Part shown: piece after piece, positions 52,119 through 64,000 of the stretch | How positions within the stretch are numbered: the stretch's first letter is position 1 | How the letters are laid out: each line of letters starts with the position of its first letter | The notes under the pieces: generated by a model | Told to the model about the DNA's origin: nothing | The model's input: the letters and a program-made list of their open reading frames with translations, nothing else | Database searches by the model: none | Source: Marsupella aquatica | Taxonomy: Eukaryota > Plantae > Marchantiophyta | DNA: 64,000 bases | Assembly (NCBI GenBank): GCA_973895155.1 | Contig: OZ316892.1 | Coordinates: 29,394,932-29,458,931 of the forward strand | Direction of reading: 5' to 3' | Made by a program: the position numbers and the translations under genes

Positions 52119-54266
52119 TTATGAAACCCTTTGGAGTTTGGAATGCAGCAAATTCTTCGGCAAAATATGTGGCTTGGCATCGTGGAACAAACCTCTCAGT
52201 ACTCCCGAAACTTTTGTAGCGATGCCACCCCCTGCATGCGATGGTGGTGTCACCACGTGAGAAACCTTCTCTCTCTTGGCAACTGCCTCGTAAGCCTTTT
52301 GAACTGCCTCAATATTGGCCTTCAATACTTTGCCATTTTCGTTCAGAGCATACAGCTTTTGCAAAGTATTGTGGATGTCCTGATAGGTAATGAGACCAGA
52401 CCCAGCTGCAACATTTCGCTGACTTTCGTACATCTCTATCTGGTCCCGATACAATTGGAGAGATCCCTCAAGTCTGTGCAGAGCATCGTCTCTGGGTTTA
52501 CTGGAGTCATGCTGGGCCCTTTTCTTTTTGATCTGATCTTGGAGGTATTCCTCGGTAGCAGGATGGTGCAGTACTACAGAGTTTTGCTGTAGGAAACTAG
52601 TAAAGAGCGCGGCAGCACACACTGTCTGCTCCATTTCCTTCGTAAGTGCACTTTCTCGGTCTTCAAGCCTGCCGATGCTCAGTTCCTTAACTTCTTCCTT
52701 TTTCCTCCGTTCGTGGATTGACTTCTCCACATCCTTATCCATCGTCCTAATTGTCTCCTTTATAGTCTCAGTTGCCACACGCAGGTGGACTTTGAATGAA
52801 CAGCCGCATGCCTTGCAATTGTTTGAATTCCTGAAGACAAACACTTCGCACAATCTCATCCCAAATTTGCTGTCAACTATTCCTACTCCAGTCTCACTGT
52901 CACTACATTCATGACAGATCTTTGCTTCGCAGCTCTTGCAGATGGTCCTTAGATGCCCCAGTGGAACCATTTTATACGCATGCGCTGACATCACCAATTG
53001 TTTGTTATTCTTCGTAAGGATGTAGTGGTCTTGTAAATCCTTCTTTTGTTTCCGAACAGTCTCTATATTATCCTGAACAGAGCGCGCCATACTCGCCAGA
53101 GGTATCTCGATAGTCGCAAGCAGATCTCTTACACTATCAAGGGACACCATGCGATATATCGGATGTGGCGAGAGAGACGCCACACGAGTTATCAATCTTT
53201 CTGACCCTTGGATTGATCGATTCCAGCTTAACCTGTAGTCTTGCTTGTCTTCCTCTAAGAATGATACTCCGCTTTTTACAGACGCTAGATACCTGAAAGC
53301 CTCACTTTCAAAGAAATACATTGTACTCTTGTCGACCTTCAGCTGGGATGTCTGTGGGTTCTGCGAGAGAAGTTGCTTCAGAAGTTTGAAAGTACTCCCA
53401 GGACGAAACATACTACTCCTCGAGTTAGTAAAGCAGAAGTTGATGTTATTTACAGCATCCTTGTGAAGATGAGCCAAGAGCTCATTAATAGAGTATCTTA
53501 GGGACACTGTAAGCTTTTCTTCATTGGGCCGCAGAAGTATAAGAACGGCATTCAGCACATCGAAGGTGGATATGTACGATATGATGTCCTTCACATTTCT
53601 TACATCCTGGTCAAAGCCTCTGGTGTCCCCCAGCCCTGGAGAATCTATCAGGCGCACTGCTTTGTCTCCAGCTAAAAACTTGTAGGCTCTACAACTCTGG
53701 GTGCAGGATTCGCCTACAATTGCTGCATTGCTATTCTCTCCAACATCAGGCTTTCCAACACTTACCTTCACTTCTTCACCATCCTCTGTGGATGTAATGA
53801 ACGTAGAATAGATTGGGCTTCTGATTTCTCCTTGGAGCGCTTCATCGAGACTCTCAAATGTCAAGTAGTTGACAAAAGCATTGATGAACGTTGACTTACC
53901 GACTCCTTTCTCTCCCAGTAGAAGGATATTGAGGCATCCGTCAGATACCACTGTCGAGGAGGACTTAATCTTGTTAAGAGGTAGTAAGGTGATCACTAGT
54001 TCCCGGTTGAAAGTCTCAAATCTGTTCCCATGAACGGAGTCTGAGCACTTGAATGAGTAGGAAAAGGCAGAACCAGCTCCACACTCACAATAGAACATGT
54101 GGTTGAATCCATGATCAATGACGGAATAGCATTTTGAGCATTTCCATTCTCTGCGTACTGCTTCACAAGCTCCAGTTATCGACTTGGGACACTTGAGCAG
54201 TAGCCTTTCCCTCTCTTCGGGCGGTTCGTATGTACGTGCGACAGAGTGAGACGTAGCAAGAAACAT
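52119..54266 (-). CDS. Intronless P-loop GTPase (septin/AIG1-like G domain) with N-terminal Cys-rich domain, second Cys cluster and C-terminal coiled coil
   Basis: 715-aa open frame from the ATG at 54266. G1 LLLGEKGVGKSTFIN, G2 ESCTQ, G3 LIDSPGLGDTRG, G4-like FCFTNSR. Cys motifs WKCSKC...FYCECG and CKSC...CHEC...CKACGC..H. Confidence 0.85.
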   Translation of the reverse strand: MFLATSHSVARTYEPPEERERLLLKCPKSITGACEAVRREWKCSKCYSVIDHGFNHMFYCECGAGSAFSYSFKCSDSVHGNRFETFNRELVITLLPLNKIKSSSTVVSDGCLNILLLGEKGVGKSTFINAFVNYLTFESLDEALQGEIRSPIYSTFITSTEDGEEVKVSVGKPDVGENSNAAIVGESCTQSCRAYKFLAGDKAVRLIDSPGLGDTRGFDQDVRNVKDIISYISTFDVLNAVLILLRPNEEKLTVSLRYSINELLAHLHKDAVNNINFCFTNSRSSMFRPGSTFKLLKQLLSQNPQTSQLKVDKSTMYFFESEAFRYLASVKSGVSFLEEDKQDYRLSWNRSIQGSERLITRVASLSPHPIYRMVSLDSVRDLLATIEIPLASMARSVQDNIETVRKQKKDLQDHYILTKNNKQLVMSAHAYKMVPLGHLRTICKSCEAKICHECSDSETGVGIVDSKFGMRLCEVFVFRNSNNCKACGCSFKVHLRVATETIKETIRTMDKDVEKSIHERRKKEEVKELSIGRLEDRESALTKEMEQTVCAAALFTSFLQQNSVVLHHPATEEYLQDQIKKKRAQHDSSKPRDDALHRLEGSLQLYRDQIEMYESQRNVAAGSGLITYQDIHNTLQKLYALNENGKVLKANIEAVQKAYEAVAKREKVSHVVTPPSHAGGGIATKVSGVLRGLFHDAKPHILPKNLLHSKLQRVS

Positions 54267-54449
54267 GGTTGCTCCTGCCAATATGAAATTGGGAACCAAC
54301 TAATGGTGCCCAAACAGACTACTTAGTGACAAGCTGGTGGTATCGACTTGAAGCAGGTGGTGGACAGAGTGGCGAACTTGTTTGTTGGTTGTATCGCGGA
54401 GTGCATATCGGATTCTGAGTCAACTCGAAAATTTCCAAATTTGAGGAAT

Positions 54450-57200
54450 TTCGCAATCGCCGGTCTTCAAATTCCTTCGATCTTCTTGAATTGAACTTTG
54501 CTGGAGGGAAGAAACATGTCACCTTGGCCAGTGAAAGCTACGCCTGTAGCCAAAGCAACTTCAGTATGAATACTTCTGTATACACCATGAAAGCAATCTA
54601 AGGAATTGATTGTTAAGAATTGAAAGTAGTTGCAGCACACCGTCGAAGCTCCCTCACAACAGATTACAAATGAAGTCCATTCACGCACAGGGATTGAATT
54701 GGAACAGGGTAGAGTTCCATAGAGCAGCCAGTTGCCACATTTCATGGTTTTATTGCATGAGGGATTTGTGAAGACGTTTGTAATGCCATGAATGCTATCA
54801 TTGGTTTTGGAGAGCGATGTAGCATATAGAAAACTCCGTGTAGTTTATAGGCCGGACCAAATCAAACATAGGCCTAACTTACACGAGTATCAGTTTCCAC
54901 CCCAAGCTCTGAAGTACGTTCAACAGTTACGAAGTCTAGTTGGAAAGTGACAAGCTACTTCTCCTTTGCATGGAAAACACACTAAGCATCAATAGACACA
55001 TCTCGGCGTTCCTCGTGAAGAACGAGAACCAGAAAGATCGCGGATCTGATACTTTCTGTTCAATACGTCTTCAGTGGCGTATGGCGCACAGCCTGATCCC
55101 CTAGCTTGGACCCAGATCACAGAGCATGGCTTCTACACGGGCTTCTACATTGTGGATGAAGAATTTGGATTATGACTCTACCGTTACGATTCAAGATCCG
55201 CAATCAATACGGTCCGTCCGGATGCGTCTCAGGCATCAAGAAAAATTTTCCTCATCTTGACTCAAAACTCGATCTTACATTCTATCGAGTAATCGAGGTC
55301 CAAAACTCGATCTTACATTCTATCGAGTAACTGGGGTCCAGTACCTTCCAGCAATTTACGACGAAGCAACACTGGTCGTGCCCGGGGTCGTGCCACCCGT
55401 TTGAGTAGGAAAGGCTGAACCTCAAAGCTACTCACTGGTTTTAAAGAGACACAGGAAGCAGAAAAGGAACACGGATTTTGGATCAAGCTATCTAGTTGCC
55501 ACTATGGCTAATCTAAGCCGGACAGCGCAGAAGCTGACAATCAAACTATTTCTATAGACGTGTTACTTTGTATGGACGAGCAGATCTAGATTCTTTGCTA
55601 TTCAAGAAAATGTGCAGTTGTCAAGGACAACTGCAATACATTTGATTTAATGGAGGTACTCCACGCGTGCACTTGGCCGATGTTAAAAGTTGGATTTCGT
55701 TCACTCAGCACGATTACGAGAAGACGATGCTTTGCAAGAGAGAACGGGAAAATCCCAATGATAGAAAAGAAGGCGGCCTTGGATCGATGCCAATGGCTTA
55801 CCTGGTTTAATTTGGTGACAAGCAGATGTGTTTGTTGGAAACTCTGCAACCTTTGCAAAGCTGGTTACGTATCATCGCCAGAGTCGGATCTGGAGTTCAT
55901 ATACTTGATGTGTGATCTAGCTTCCCAATCGGCACATCAAAACCTTCTTTGCGATCGACCATTGAGGAGTCGGCCTTCATTCTGCCATGCACTTGCTGCA
56001 CCACTCCAGTGTCATTCCTCAAAACTGCTCCTTTCTGTGCACGATGTGCCACTGTCTTACCACATCACAGAATTCTACATTTGATTAGGTCCGTTATCAT
56101 TACTTTACTGGTCCTGTGTGGACAGTGTGAGGTCCTTACACTCAGGAATTGAACTCAGTAACACATCCCATTCCACCTTGTTCGGTTCATCACCAAAGTA
56201 TTATATATAGATGTCAGTGTAATGGTGGAATTGGTCCCGGCCCTACCGTATCAGCACATATACAGGCAGAGTGACAATAGTAGTATCCAAAAATGAAATG
56301 GAGAAGGCAGATGTGCGGAGCTCCCATTCACGACAAATTAACATTTACAGTTCAGTCCAGAATCCGTGATTATTCCTGGAAAGTCAATGCGCTTTACTGT
56401 ACCGCACACTTCGGCATTGGATTCCAAGCACGTCCATGATCAGGAGTAAACCCAATATCTATCGGGTAAAGGATTCATTGAGTTGATAACGACCATGTTG
56501 TAATGTTGTATCATTGTGAGTGTGAAAGGAATGCACTGTCAACCATAAATCATGCTGAGTGTGAGCGCCGATAAGAGCTCCTCAAACTTCATTTACTTAT
56601 TTCATGATTATTTAAACACTCGGACCAAACTTGGCGGTAAGGAGACATCAGCAATGTCCGGAGATGTTGCTGTAAATTTGAGTTCAGATTCTTCCTCCAC
56701 CTTCTGTGTAGATCTGAGCTGCACAATCATGTCGTGGGTGGAGAGATCTTTGTACTTATTCACCTTGCAGAATCTTTATTCATAGATTTTTCCCAGTACC
56801 ACCGATCACCTTTCACATGGCCCCGCACAGGTGCTAAACACCAGTCGTACACCTGTAGATCTGCATGATGAAGTCACAGATTGATAGGAAAAAGAGATTA
56901 CCAAGAGCTCGTCTAGGACTTTCTTAGCATAGATCGGTCTTTGGTTGCATCCAAATCAGAGTCGTTTGGTCCCACAGAATGCACTGTACCGCACTGACAT
57001 GCAGGTACTAGTTGACAGGATAGGATCAAAGTTTCATCGGAACAAGATTACTGATTGACCAAGTTAATTTTGTGAAGTAGATACACAGCCACTAGTGACA
57101 ACGCCGAGTGTCCCCGGGAGTATATAACTTCATAATTGTATTTTTGATCTGTGTTTTCTAGGGAGGGTGTTGTCAGATACAACTGTCTATCACCCATAAC
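54450..57200 (+). pseudogene. Possible highly decayed protein kinase remnant (mirror copy at ~31800-34480, - strand)
   Basis: Weak but collinear kinase-like fragments: ESSQLLHLSHEGFVK (in the mirror copy), LEFIYLMCDL (~55890), GVGLHSAMHLLH (~55966), FHMAP (~56812) and ECPREY (~57106). Confidence 0.3.
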
Positions 57201-58609
57201 CCACACTGCAGTGGCTGTATGATGTTGTGATTTGTCAGATGCCATAATCTATAGCATTATTGACTGTTCACTAACAGTGCGAGTGATATATGCTGAGTTC
57301 CAAGTGCTGCATTACATGATCGAGCGGATACAGTTTCTTCGTGGACAACGCCCCCTTCCAGCTAACTGTATATATGATGGGCGAAAAAGAAAACATCCAC
57401 ATTACTGCAATTCAAGTTGTTGATGCAGCAAATGGCTATTGGGAGTCTTCTAACAAACAACAACTTGGCACCAAATTGATTTTCTTTGTGCCAAGAACGA
57501 TTGTATCCGTCAAAGAAATTCCAGTCCAAGAAAGAGCATGATCACCAAATTGATATTTTGTAACAAAGAAACAGATATGGTAAAAGTTCAGTAGTTAATT
57601 TTGACGCTGGAATCAAATCCCGTGAAGGTTTGGCAGTTGAAAACCTGAACTCTGACTTGCCTAGATACGATTCGGAGGTGGGGAACAGTAGGCTGCAGTT
57701 AGTAGCGCATAATTGGGGAGGCGATTAGGAGCCCGATTAGGAGACGGGGCACAGACCTGTACTGACATCAAAGCCAAATACTGAAATCCATGAACTACTT
57801 CGGTTCCAGATCGTGTCACCCATCGGCAGAATGGAGCACCTTGTGGTGGGTTGCGCCAATTACCAGTATGCTTGTTTGTTGGAAGGAATCATGATCGGTT
57901 GATTTGTCAGTACCAGTAGTCGGCAAACACTGCATTGTTTTAAATGTTTTTAGACAACTCCATCTAAATATTTTAGAAATGTTGTTGTCTAAAACCACAA
58001 GCCAAAATCCTACTAGATGACTTAACCTGTTAGCCAGATCAATCTGGATCTAATGGTGTACAGTACCTGAAATCGGGGCTGAAGATCAGGGAATCTGATA
58101 GTCGAGATGAATATAACAAGAAAGCATTGGCTAATAAATGTTACTATTAGACCGCACTCAATCAAGGTATTGTATAATGCGAGCTTTGTTAGCTAGGAGA
58201 GTGTTGTTAGCGAGGCATTAAAGGCTTTTAATTTCTTTTGCTCTTTTCTGCCTTTTCTAATTTTTGTGTTTTTTCATGACTCCAGATGGCTAGTGAGTTT
58301 GCTAGAAAAAAAAGGGGGAAAAAAAGAGTCCCCAAAATCTATGTTATCAAGCAGGTTCTTGTTAGCTATGCAGTTGGATATAGAAAAATCAGGGGTCATA
58401 TGAGTAAATTTTTGTTCATGCTAGTAATTTTTTCACTGTTTTCTCGCAAGCTACAATAATCTCCCATGTCAAAAATTGAAAAAGAAAATCCCTGACATCT
58501 TCTCACTAAACCAACTCAAGAGGCACAGGACCAACCTGAGACACTGGGGGAGCAGGCAGTCGCTCTAAACAAAAGAACACACATGATCAGAAGCAATTGT
58601 CATTCAAAC

Positions 58610-58870
58610 ATAGGGTGTGGAACCCCGTAAGACCTTAAAAGCAGACGTGTCAAAGATTGAAAGATTGTCAAAGATAGGGTGTCGAACCCCAAAAGACCTC
58701 CAAAGAAAACATGTCAAAGATAGGGTGTACTGTAGAACTTCAAAATATCTCCAAAGCACACAGCAAAAACAAATCACATTCTTAGGAAGAGATAGAGTAG
58801 GGATTCGGTATCCTCCTGTATGAACTCTAATTTTAATATAGAGGTATCCTCCTGTATGAAATCTAATATA
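58610..58870. repeat. Short tandem repeats
   Basis: ATAGGGTGT.GAACCCC..AAGACC...TGTCAAAG x~3 and GGTATCCTCCTGTATGAA x2. Confidence 0.7.
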
Positions 58871-59208
58871 GCTTCAATATAAGAATGAAATAAATATCCT
58901 AACAAAGGATGGGCAAGATTTAAAACTAGATGTAAACCTAAAGTGGTTGTGAAAACAAACAAAATTAAAAAATATTAAGACGGGGCAAAAATAGTTCAAA
59001 GTTGAATAATATAAAAGGTACACCTTGTCTAAGGCACATTGAAATAAAATATAGAAATTATAAGCCAATGGTAAACCTAGCCATCCAACACCCTCACAAA
59101 ACTCAATACCTTGGCCCAAGCACTTTGAGTATCTAGGTACTAACGAGGGCACACCAAGACTGAATTCCAAGAGCAAGCAACCTAGTGCCCCTATCACCGT
59201 CAACGATA

Positions 59209-59352
59209 TCTCCCTTACAAAACCGCACTACCGCACTTACTCCTCAACGCAACCGTCCGTCACTCAACAGCCCTACCCCTACCACCATCAATGAAAACTC
59301 CCTTACAAAACCGCCCTTACTCCTCAACACAACCGTCACTCAACAGCCCTAT
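59209..59352. repeat. Tandem duplication, ~85 bp
   Basis: CTCCCTTACAAAACCGC...CTTACTCCTCAAC.CAACCGTC..CACTCAACAGCCCTA occurs twice. Confidence 0.75.
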
Positions 59353-59906
59353 AGTCCCTTGTAATCCACTTTATGGACTTGATTTAATACTCTCTCCCTC
59401 CTGGCTTGGGTCCTCCATCCATGGGCGCTCAGTGTGTAATGGGTTCCCTACAATGAATGCATGTCACAATTGGGACGAGGAGAGTCTAGTAAGTGTCCTG
59501 GCTCATTTCCGTTCAAGACAAACTATATGTACTTGGAATGTTGTTCTTACAAGACGAGGAATGGTACAATTTTCAGGGAGTCATGTATGCGGAAATTCCG
59601 CTCTGCATTGTGGTGGTGTCGCTTCATTACGTTCTGGTTCGACTTTCAAGCGCCAGCCAGCTCTAGACCTGCTTCCACTCTGGAATCAATGCCTAAAAGC
59701 ACAATCGGACCTTCAATTCAGCCGACTGGATCCCTGTTCGAGCGAAACTACAGTTGAACGGCAACTATTGTTGGCGAAGAATCCAAACAAAACACTGAGG
59801 ATTAGAGGTATTTACAATAAGAATGATCATGAAATGGGCCTTCTCAAGTAAACTAAAACGGTTTGGTCAGAATGAATTGTGACCACCGAAGCCAGTCGGC
59901 TCTGCT

Positions 59907-62611
59907 TCATCTTCCGCTGGCCAATTCGTCAAGAAGTAAATGCAAGTTGTTATAAGAATACCCCCCTTCCGCCACAGATGCAAGCAATAACTTTTGTGCC
60001 TCTCCAGCGTTTTTCCTGAACTCCTCCCCCTTCTTCTCCAACATGAGCTGCCTCACTGCCTTCGTCACTGCCTGCCTTGTGATGTCTTCGAAACTGTCAC
60101 GATCCTTATCCTTGAAAGAACAAATCGCCGATCCCACTTTGGCTACATCCGTTATGAACCTGCCCGCACCAACGCACCGATTCACAAGTCACCAGAGAGA
60201 CAGTTACAAAATCTTAAAGCATTATGTTCTTTTTGATAGCTGCTGATGGATGCAGCACGTCTGGATGCGAATAACTCCACCCTCCAGTCAGAAAATTAGT
60301 TTCCCAACTGGATAAGCACCTATGGATGCATGCAAACAGTGTTATCAACCAGCCTCAACAATGAAACGTCAGGGTTTCCTGCTCTGAGAATCAACAACTT
60401 ATCAAGAATTGCCCATGGCTTCGGCCCCATCCTGTCCAATGGGGCACAATTTCCCCAAGACCGGCTAGACAAGCTCGGACCAGAGCGTTAGGCTAACGCT
60501 GCAAGTCAGGTAATTCCGGTATAATCTATTGACCAACCCAGACTTGTGATTCACTAATCTTGTTGCTGCAGTGGGCATGATCTTCAGATAAATTGAATGC
60601 CAAACAATAGACACCGACGCCATTCAGCGAACTTACTTTCCAAAGAATCAGCAGTCATCATTATAATGTTATAATGTCGCGGCCACCTTCGCCTAGTTCG
60701 TGGCATAGCACAAGAATGTATACTGTGCTGTTCCCCTTTTGTGATAAAGTTGAATTTTCAAGACAAACAAGAAAAGATTGGTGGGGAGGGGGTGCAACCA
60801 AGGAACGAGGAGATCAGTAGGCTAAAGAGTGCAAGCCTGACCTGGCGTTCATGGGCTGCTCCGCTGACAAAGGCCAGGAAATGAGAGGCACACCCGCACA
60901 AAGGCTCTCCAGCGTTGAGTTCCACCCGCTGTGAGACAAGAAGCCACCAGTGGAAGGATGAGCTAAGATCCTGACCTGAGGAGCCCAACCTGTCTCGATG
61001 ATGCCCTGCCCTTTAGTTCGCTCTAGAAATCCTTCAGGAAGCCACCCGGACAGACCCATTGTTGCAGGTACCCTGAGAGCCCACAGGAACGGCACTCCAC
61101 TCGCTTCAAACCCAGCTGCCAATTCCATAACGGACTCCTTTGGAATCGCTCCCAAGCTTCCAAATGCCACGTAGAGGACGGTATTCTTTGCCTGAGTGTC
61201 TAACCATTGTAAACAATTGCTGAAGGTCACAGTGGAAGCGTATACTTTACCGAACCCGGGATACTGCAGGGAAGGGCCGATGGGCAAAATCCTGGTCGAG
61301 GGCCAGAGTTCCCTCAGGGCAGTAATCGATCCTCCTAGTGAATCCAGCTCTTCTGAGGTATTGAGCAAAATGGCCGAGGCCCGTTTGGCTCGGTCTATGA
61401 GTTCCTTATAGTACTCCTCAAAGAAAAATATCGATTCTGTGAGATCTCGAATGCGAACGGATGGAAGTCCCGGGAAAGAGGGTTCCAGCAGGTCATTTAA
61501 ATTCGGTGATGTCAGGGGATGTATCCCGGCTTCAACCATCGCGGAAAGGTGCACACAATTTACAAGCATTAAAGGGCTGGCCGTGAAGGACGTGTACAAA
61601 GGAACACCTAACTCGTCCGCTAAGTCCTGCATCCAATGAATGGAATACAATTATTTTCCACGGTCAATTTAAGCTCGATAAGTTGCATAACTGCACATAA
61701 TTCTCGTCGATACCCAACGCGGACAATGAACCACTAAAAACATTCTACGGATGTAGGCAACAAATTACGAAAAGGGCCTCTAATGATCAACAACTCTATC
61801 TCGGAAGCCATCTTCTGAGGATGCAATGAATGGGGAATTCGGCACCGCACATGAACTGATGACCCTTTTACGACAAAATACAGACGTCGTGTCCGTCAGT
61901 AGTTAAGATTCACCTTAGCCCGTGAGTTCAATAACCCGAACTTTCTTCTTTTGAAGCAATGAACAAGTGGCACTTCTACAACGACTAAAGGGGCTTCCTC
62001 TATCCGAAGAAATGAAGCTTTCGAAACCTGGATGTTCTTCGGATAGAGGAAGCCCCCTTAGTCCTTCTAGAAGGACCACAAGTAAGCTAGATGATCGATG
62101 TGCAAGAAGAATATGGTGATACGATGTGACGGCATTGCGTCTTCGGAAAACCAACCTTGGACCAGTACTGAAATGTATCACCAACGATTGCCGTAGGTCC
62201 GCCAGGCACATCCTTCTCCGCGACCAGCTTTTCTCGGAATGACTGGCACTCCTCGAAGCATTTGCGGCTGGTGGTGGCCCCCCGAATTGGGAATTTGGGG
62301 TCTTCAGTGTACACAGGAATCTCGCCGAAAGTTTCCTCCAAGCTCAGGTCGAGGCCCTTCAGGTCACCCTTGAGCTGCAGCATCTGCAGGTCTGCGATTC
62401 GGTCCTTGTTTGCCCACACAGTCACTGTCAGCCCCGGATGCTTTGCTTCCAGATGATACAACAGCTGCACATTGGGACCGAAGTTACCCGGATATGCTAT
62501 AGTCACAAACAGCACATGCGCCTTCTTGTCCTTCTTCTCTCCCCCATTCGAATGCCCGTTCTCCCAACCCATTGTTCCTGTCTCATTCGAATTCCCTTTC
62601 CCCGAATCCAT
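59907..62611 (-). CDS. Family 1 UDP-glycosyltransferase (UGT)
   Basis: Exons 62611-62156, 61626-60842 and 60159-59907 (GT-AG, in phase). PSPG box WAPQVRILAHPSTGGFLSHSGWNSTLESLCAGVPLISWPLSAEQ; also WLDTQAKNTVLYVAFGS and EGGYSYNNL. The start codon is inferred. Confidence 0.93.
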
Positions 62612-62688
62612 TGTTCCTCTCTCTCTCAAGTCCGTATGTCGTACCGATTAGAATGCGGTTCGACCGATGAGCTGGGTCAAATAGAAAT

Positions 62689-63017
62689 ATTGAGCTTCTC
62701 TGCCTCTCTCTCGCTCTCTCTTTCTGGATCAGTGGATCTGCTCTAGAGACTTAATGAGTAGAATGCAATCTCGAGATATTCAGAGCTGGATAAAATTGGA
62801 GCATTGAGCGTCTCTGCCTCTCTCTCGCTCTCTTTCTGGATCTGCTCTATAGACTTGATGACTAGAATGCGATCTCGAGATATTCAGAGCTGGATGAAAT
62901 TGGAGCACTGAGCTCCTCTGCCTCTTTGTCGTTCTCTCTTTCTGGATCTGCTCTAGAGACTTAATGAGTAGAATGCAATCTCGAGATATTCAGAGCTGGA
63001 TGAAATTGAAGCATTGA
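62689..63017. repeat. ~105-115 bp tandem repeat x3 immediately upstream of the UGT start
   Basis: TGAGC..CTCTGCCTCT...TCTGGATCTGCTCTA.AGACTT.ATGA.TAGAATGC.ATCTCGAGATATTCAGAGCTGGAT.AAATTG occurs three times. Confidence 0.9.
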
Positions 63018-63294
63018 CCTTCACTTCTGCTTTGGGTACTTCTCGATCTACAAATCTTACAGGAGGAATGCGCTGAATTGGGCTGGCGGACAGGCAGTCT
63101 CCTAAACAAAACTACGTACATCCGACATAAGCATGGCAGTAGTCTATCTGGACTGCCTCACTCCCTCATCGAGATCTGCCTCTTGGGGAGTTCGAGGGCC
63201 TGTCCATTTGCGTATCTGGGTCCGGTGACAGTTCAGATGTTCATCTAAGCACGTGCTGCAATAATGATGATGAGAGAGATCGTCTTACTAATAT

Positions 63295-64000
63295 TACTAA
63301 TAAAGCGCAATAAAGTGCAATGTGAAGCTAGGTTTCAAGTGCTACCAGTAGACTGAAGCCTCTACTAAAATCACACCTGCCCCTATAAAGGGCTACGGGT
63401 AACGGGTAGCTCTTTAGAAATGTGTTTTGAGCTCCACAAAAGGTGCTGACTACAAAACCTTTTTTGGCAAGTATTTCACAAAAGGTGCTAGGTTTACACC
63501 TTTTATGGTGAGTAGTGAAACATGGAATGAGGCTTTTATAACGCAAAGTGAATTGTGAAGCTACTTTTCAAGTAGACTGAAGCCTCTACTAAAGCGCAAA
63601 GTGAATTGTGAAGCTACTTTTCAAGTGCTACTCAGTAGACTACTAATAGCAATGTGAAGCTACGTTTCAAGTGCTACTCAGTAGACTACTAATAGCAATG
63701 TGAAGCTAAGTTTCAAGTGCCGCTCATTAGACTACTAATAAAGCGCAATGTGAAACTAGGTTTCAAGTGCTATTCATTAGATTGAAGCCTCTAGACGGTG
63801 ACTTAGAGGGGGGCAATGGGGGTGAATTGAATTCAAGGGTGAGGACAATGGGGGCAAAGGGTGAGGGCAAAAAAGGGGGATTGGGGGTGGCATAACTGTG
63901 TGAAAGAGAGTGCTACTCAGTACACTGAAGCCTCTACTAATAAAGCGCAATGTGAAGCTATGTTTCAAGTGCTACTAACTACTAATAGAGCAATATGAAG
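63295..64000. repeat. Minisatellite, ~40-60 bp unit, runs off the window end
   Basis: GCAATGTGAAGCTA.GTTTCAAGTGCTACTCAGTAGACT(GAAGCCTCT)ACTAA units. Confidence 0.85.

Noticed and set aside
26700-54266. Fungal or oomycete contamination as the source of the CRN and GTPase genes
   Set aside because: They are interleaved and co-duplicated with clear plant genes (PFD4 copy, FtsH) and have decayed in place.
31230-57830. Giant transposon with 6-kb terminal inverted repeats
   Set aside because: The arms contain a gene, there is no TSD or transposase, and the left arm is fused to another duplicated block. Segmental duplication fits better.
59291-59851. 186-aa ORF
   Set aside because: Starts in a tandem repeat, lies antisense to the UGT 3' region and has no recognisable motifs.

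Overview
This is eukaryotic nuclear DNA from a land plant. Evidence: GT-AG introns, a plant lamin-like NMCP/CRWN gene, a chloroplast FtsH and Arabidopsis-type TTTAGGG repeats; a bryophyte/liverwort-like source is only an inference. Four conserved spliced genes are intact: NMCP/CRWN (-, 6511-14315), prefoldin subunit 4 (-, 22023-23717), type-A FtsH1/5 (+, 47345-50419) and a family-1 UDP-glycosyltransferase (-, 59907-62611). There is also an intronless Cys-rich plus P-loop GTPase gene of a type I associate with fungi and soil invertebrates (-, 52119-54266). The interval from about 26 to 44 kb is a rearrangement hotspot. It holds broken Crinkler (CRN)-like NTPase-nuclease genes and a ~1 kb foldback palindrome whose centre carries telomere repeats added at a native TTAGGG seed. 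It also holds an ~8.6 kb inverted duplicate that joins the ~57.8 kb region directly to the ~20.5 kb region (a circle-type or tandem-duplication-type junction), and a displaced 1.4 kb block flanked by a ~360 bp duplication. The rest is MITEs, a solo LTR, a MULE-like element, kinase pseudogenes and minisatellites. All alignments and identities were judged by eye; no database search was run.
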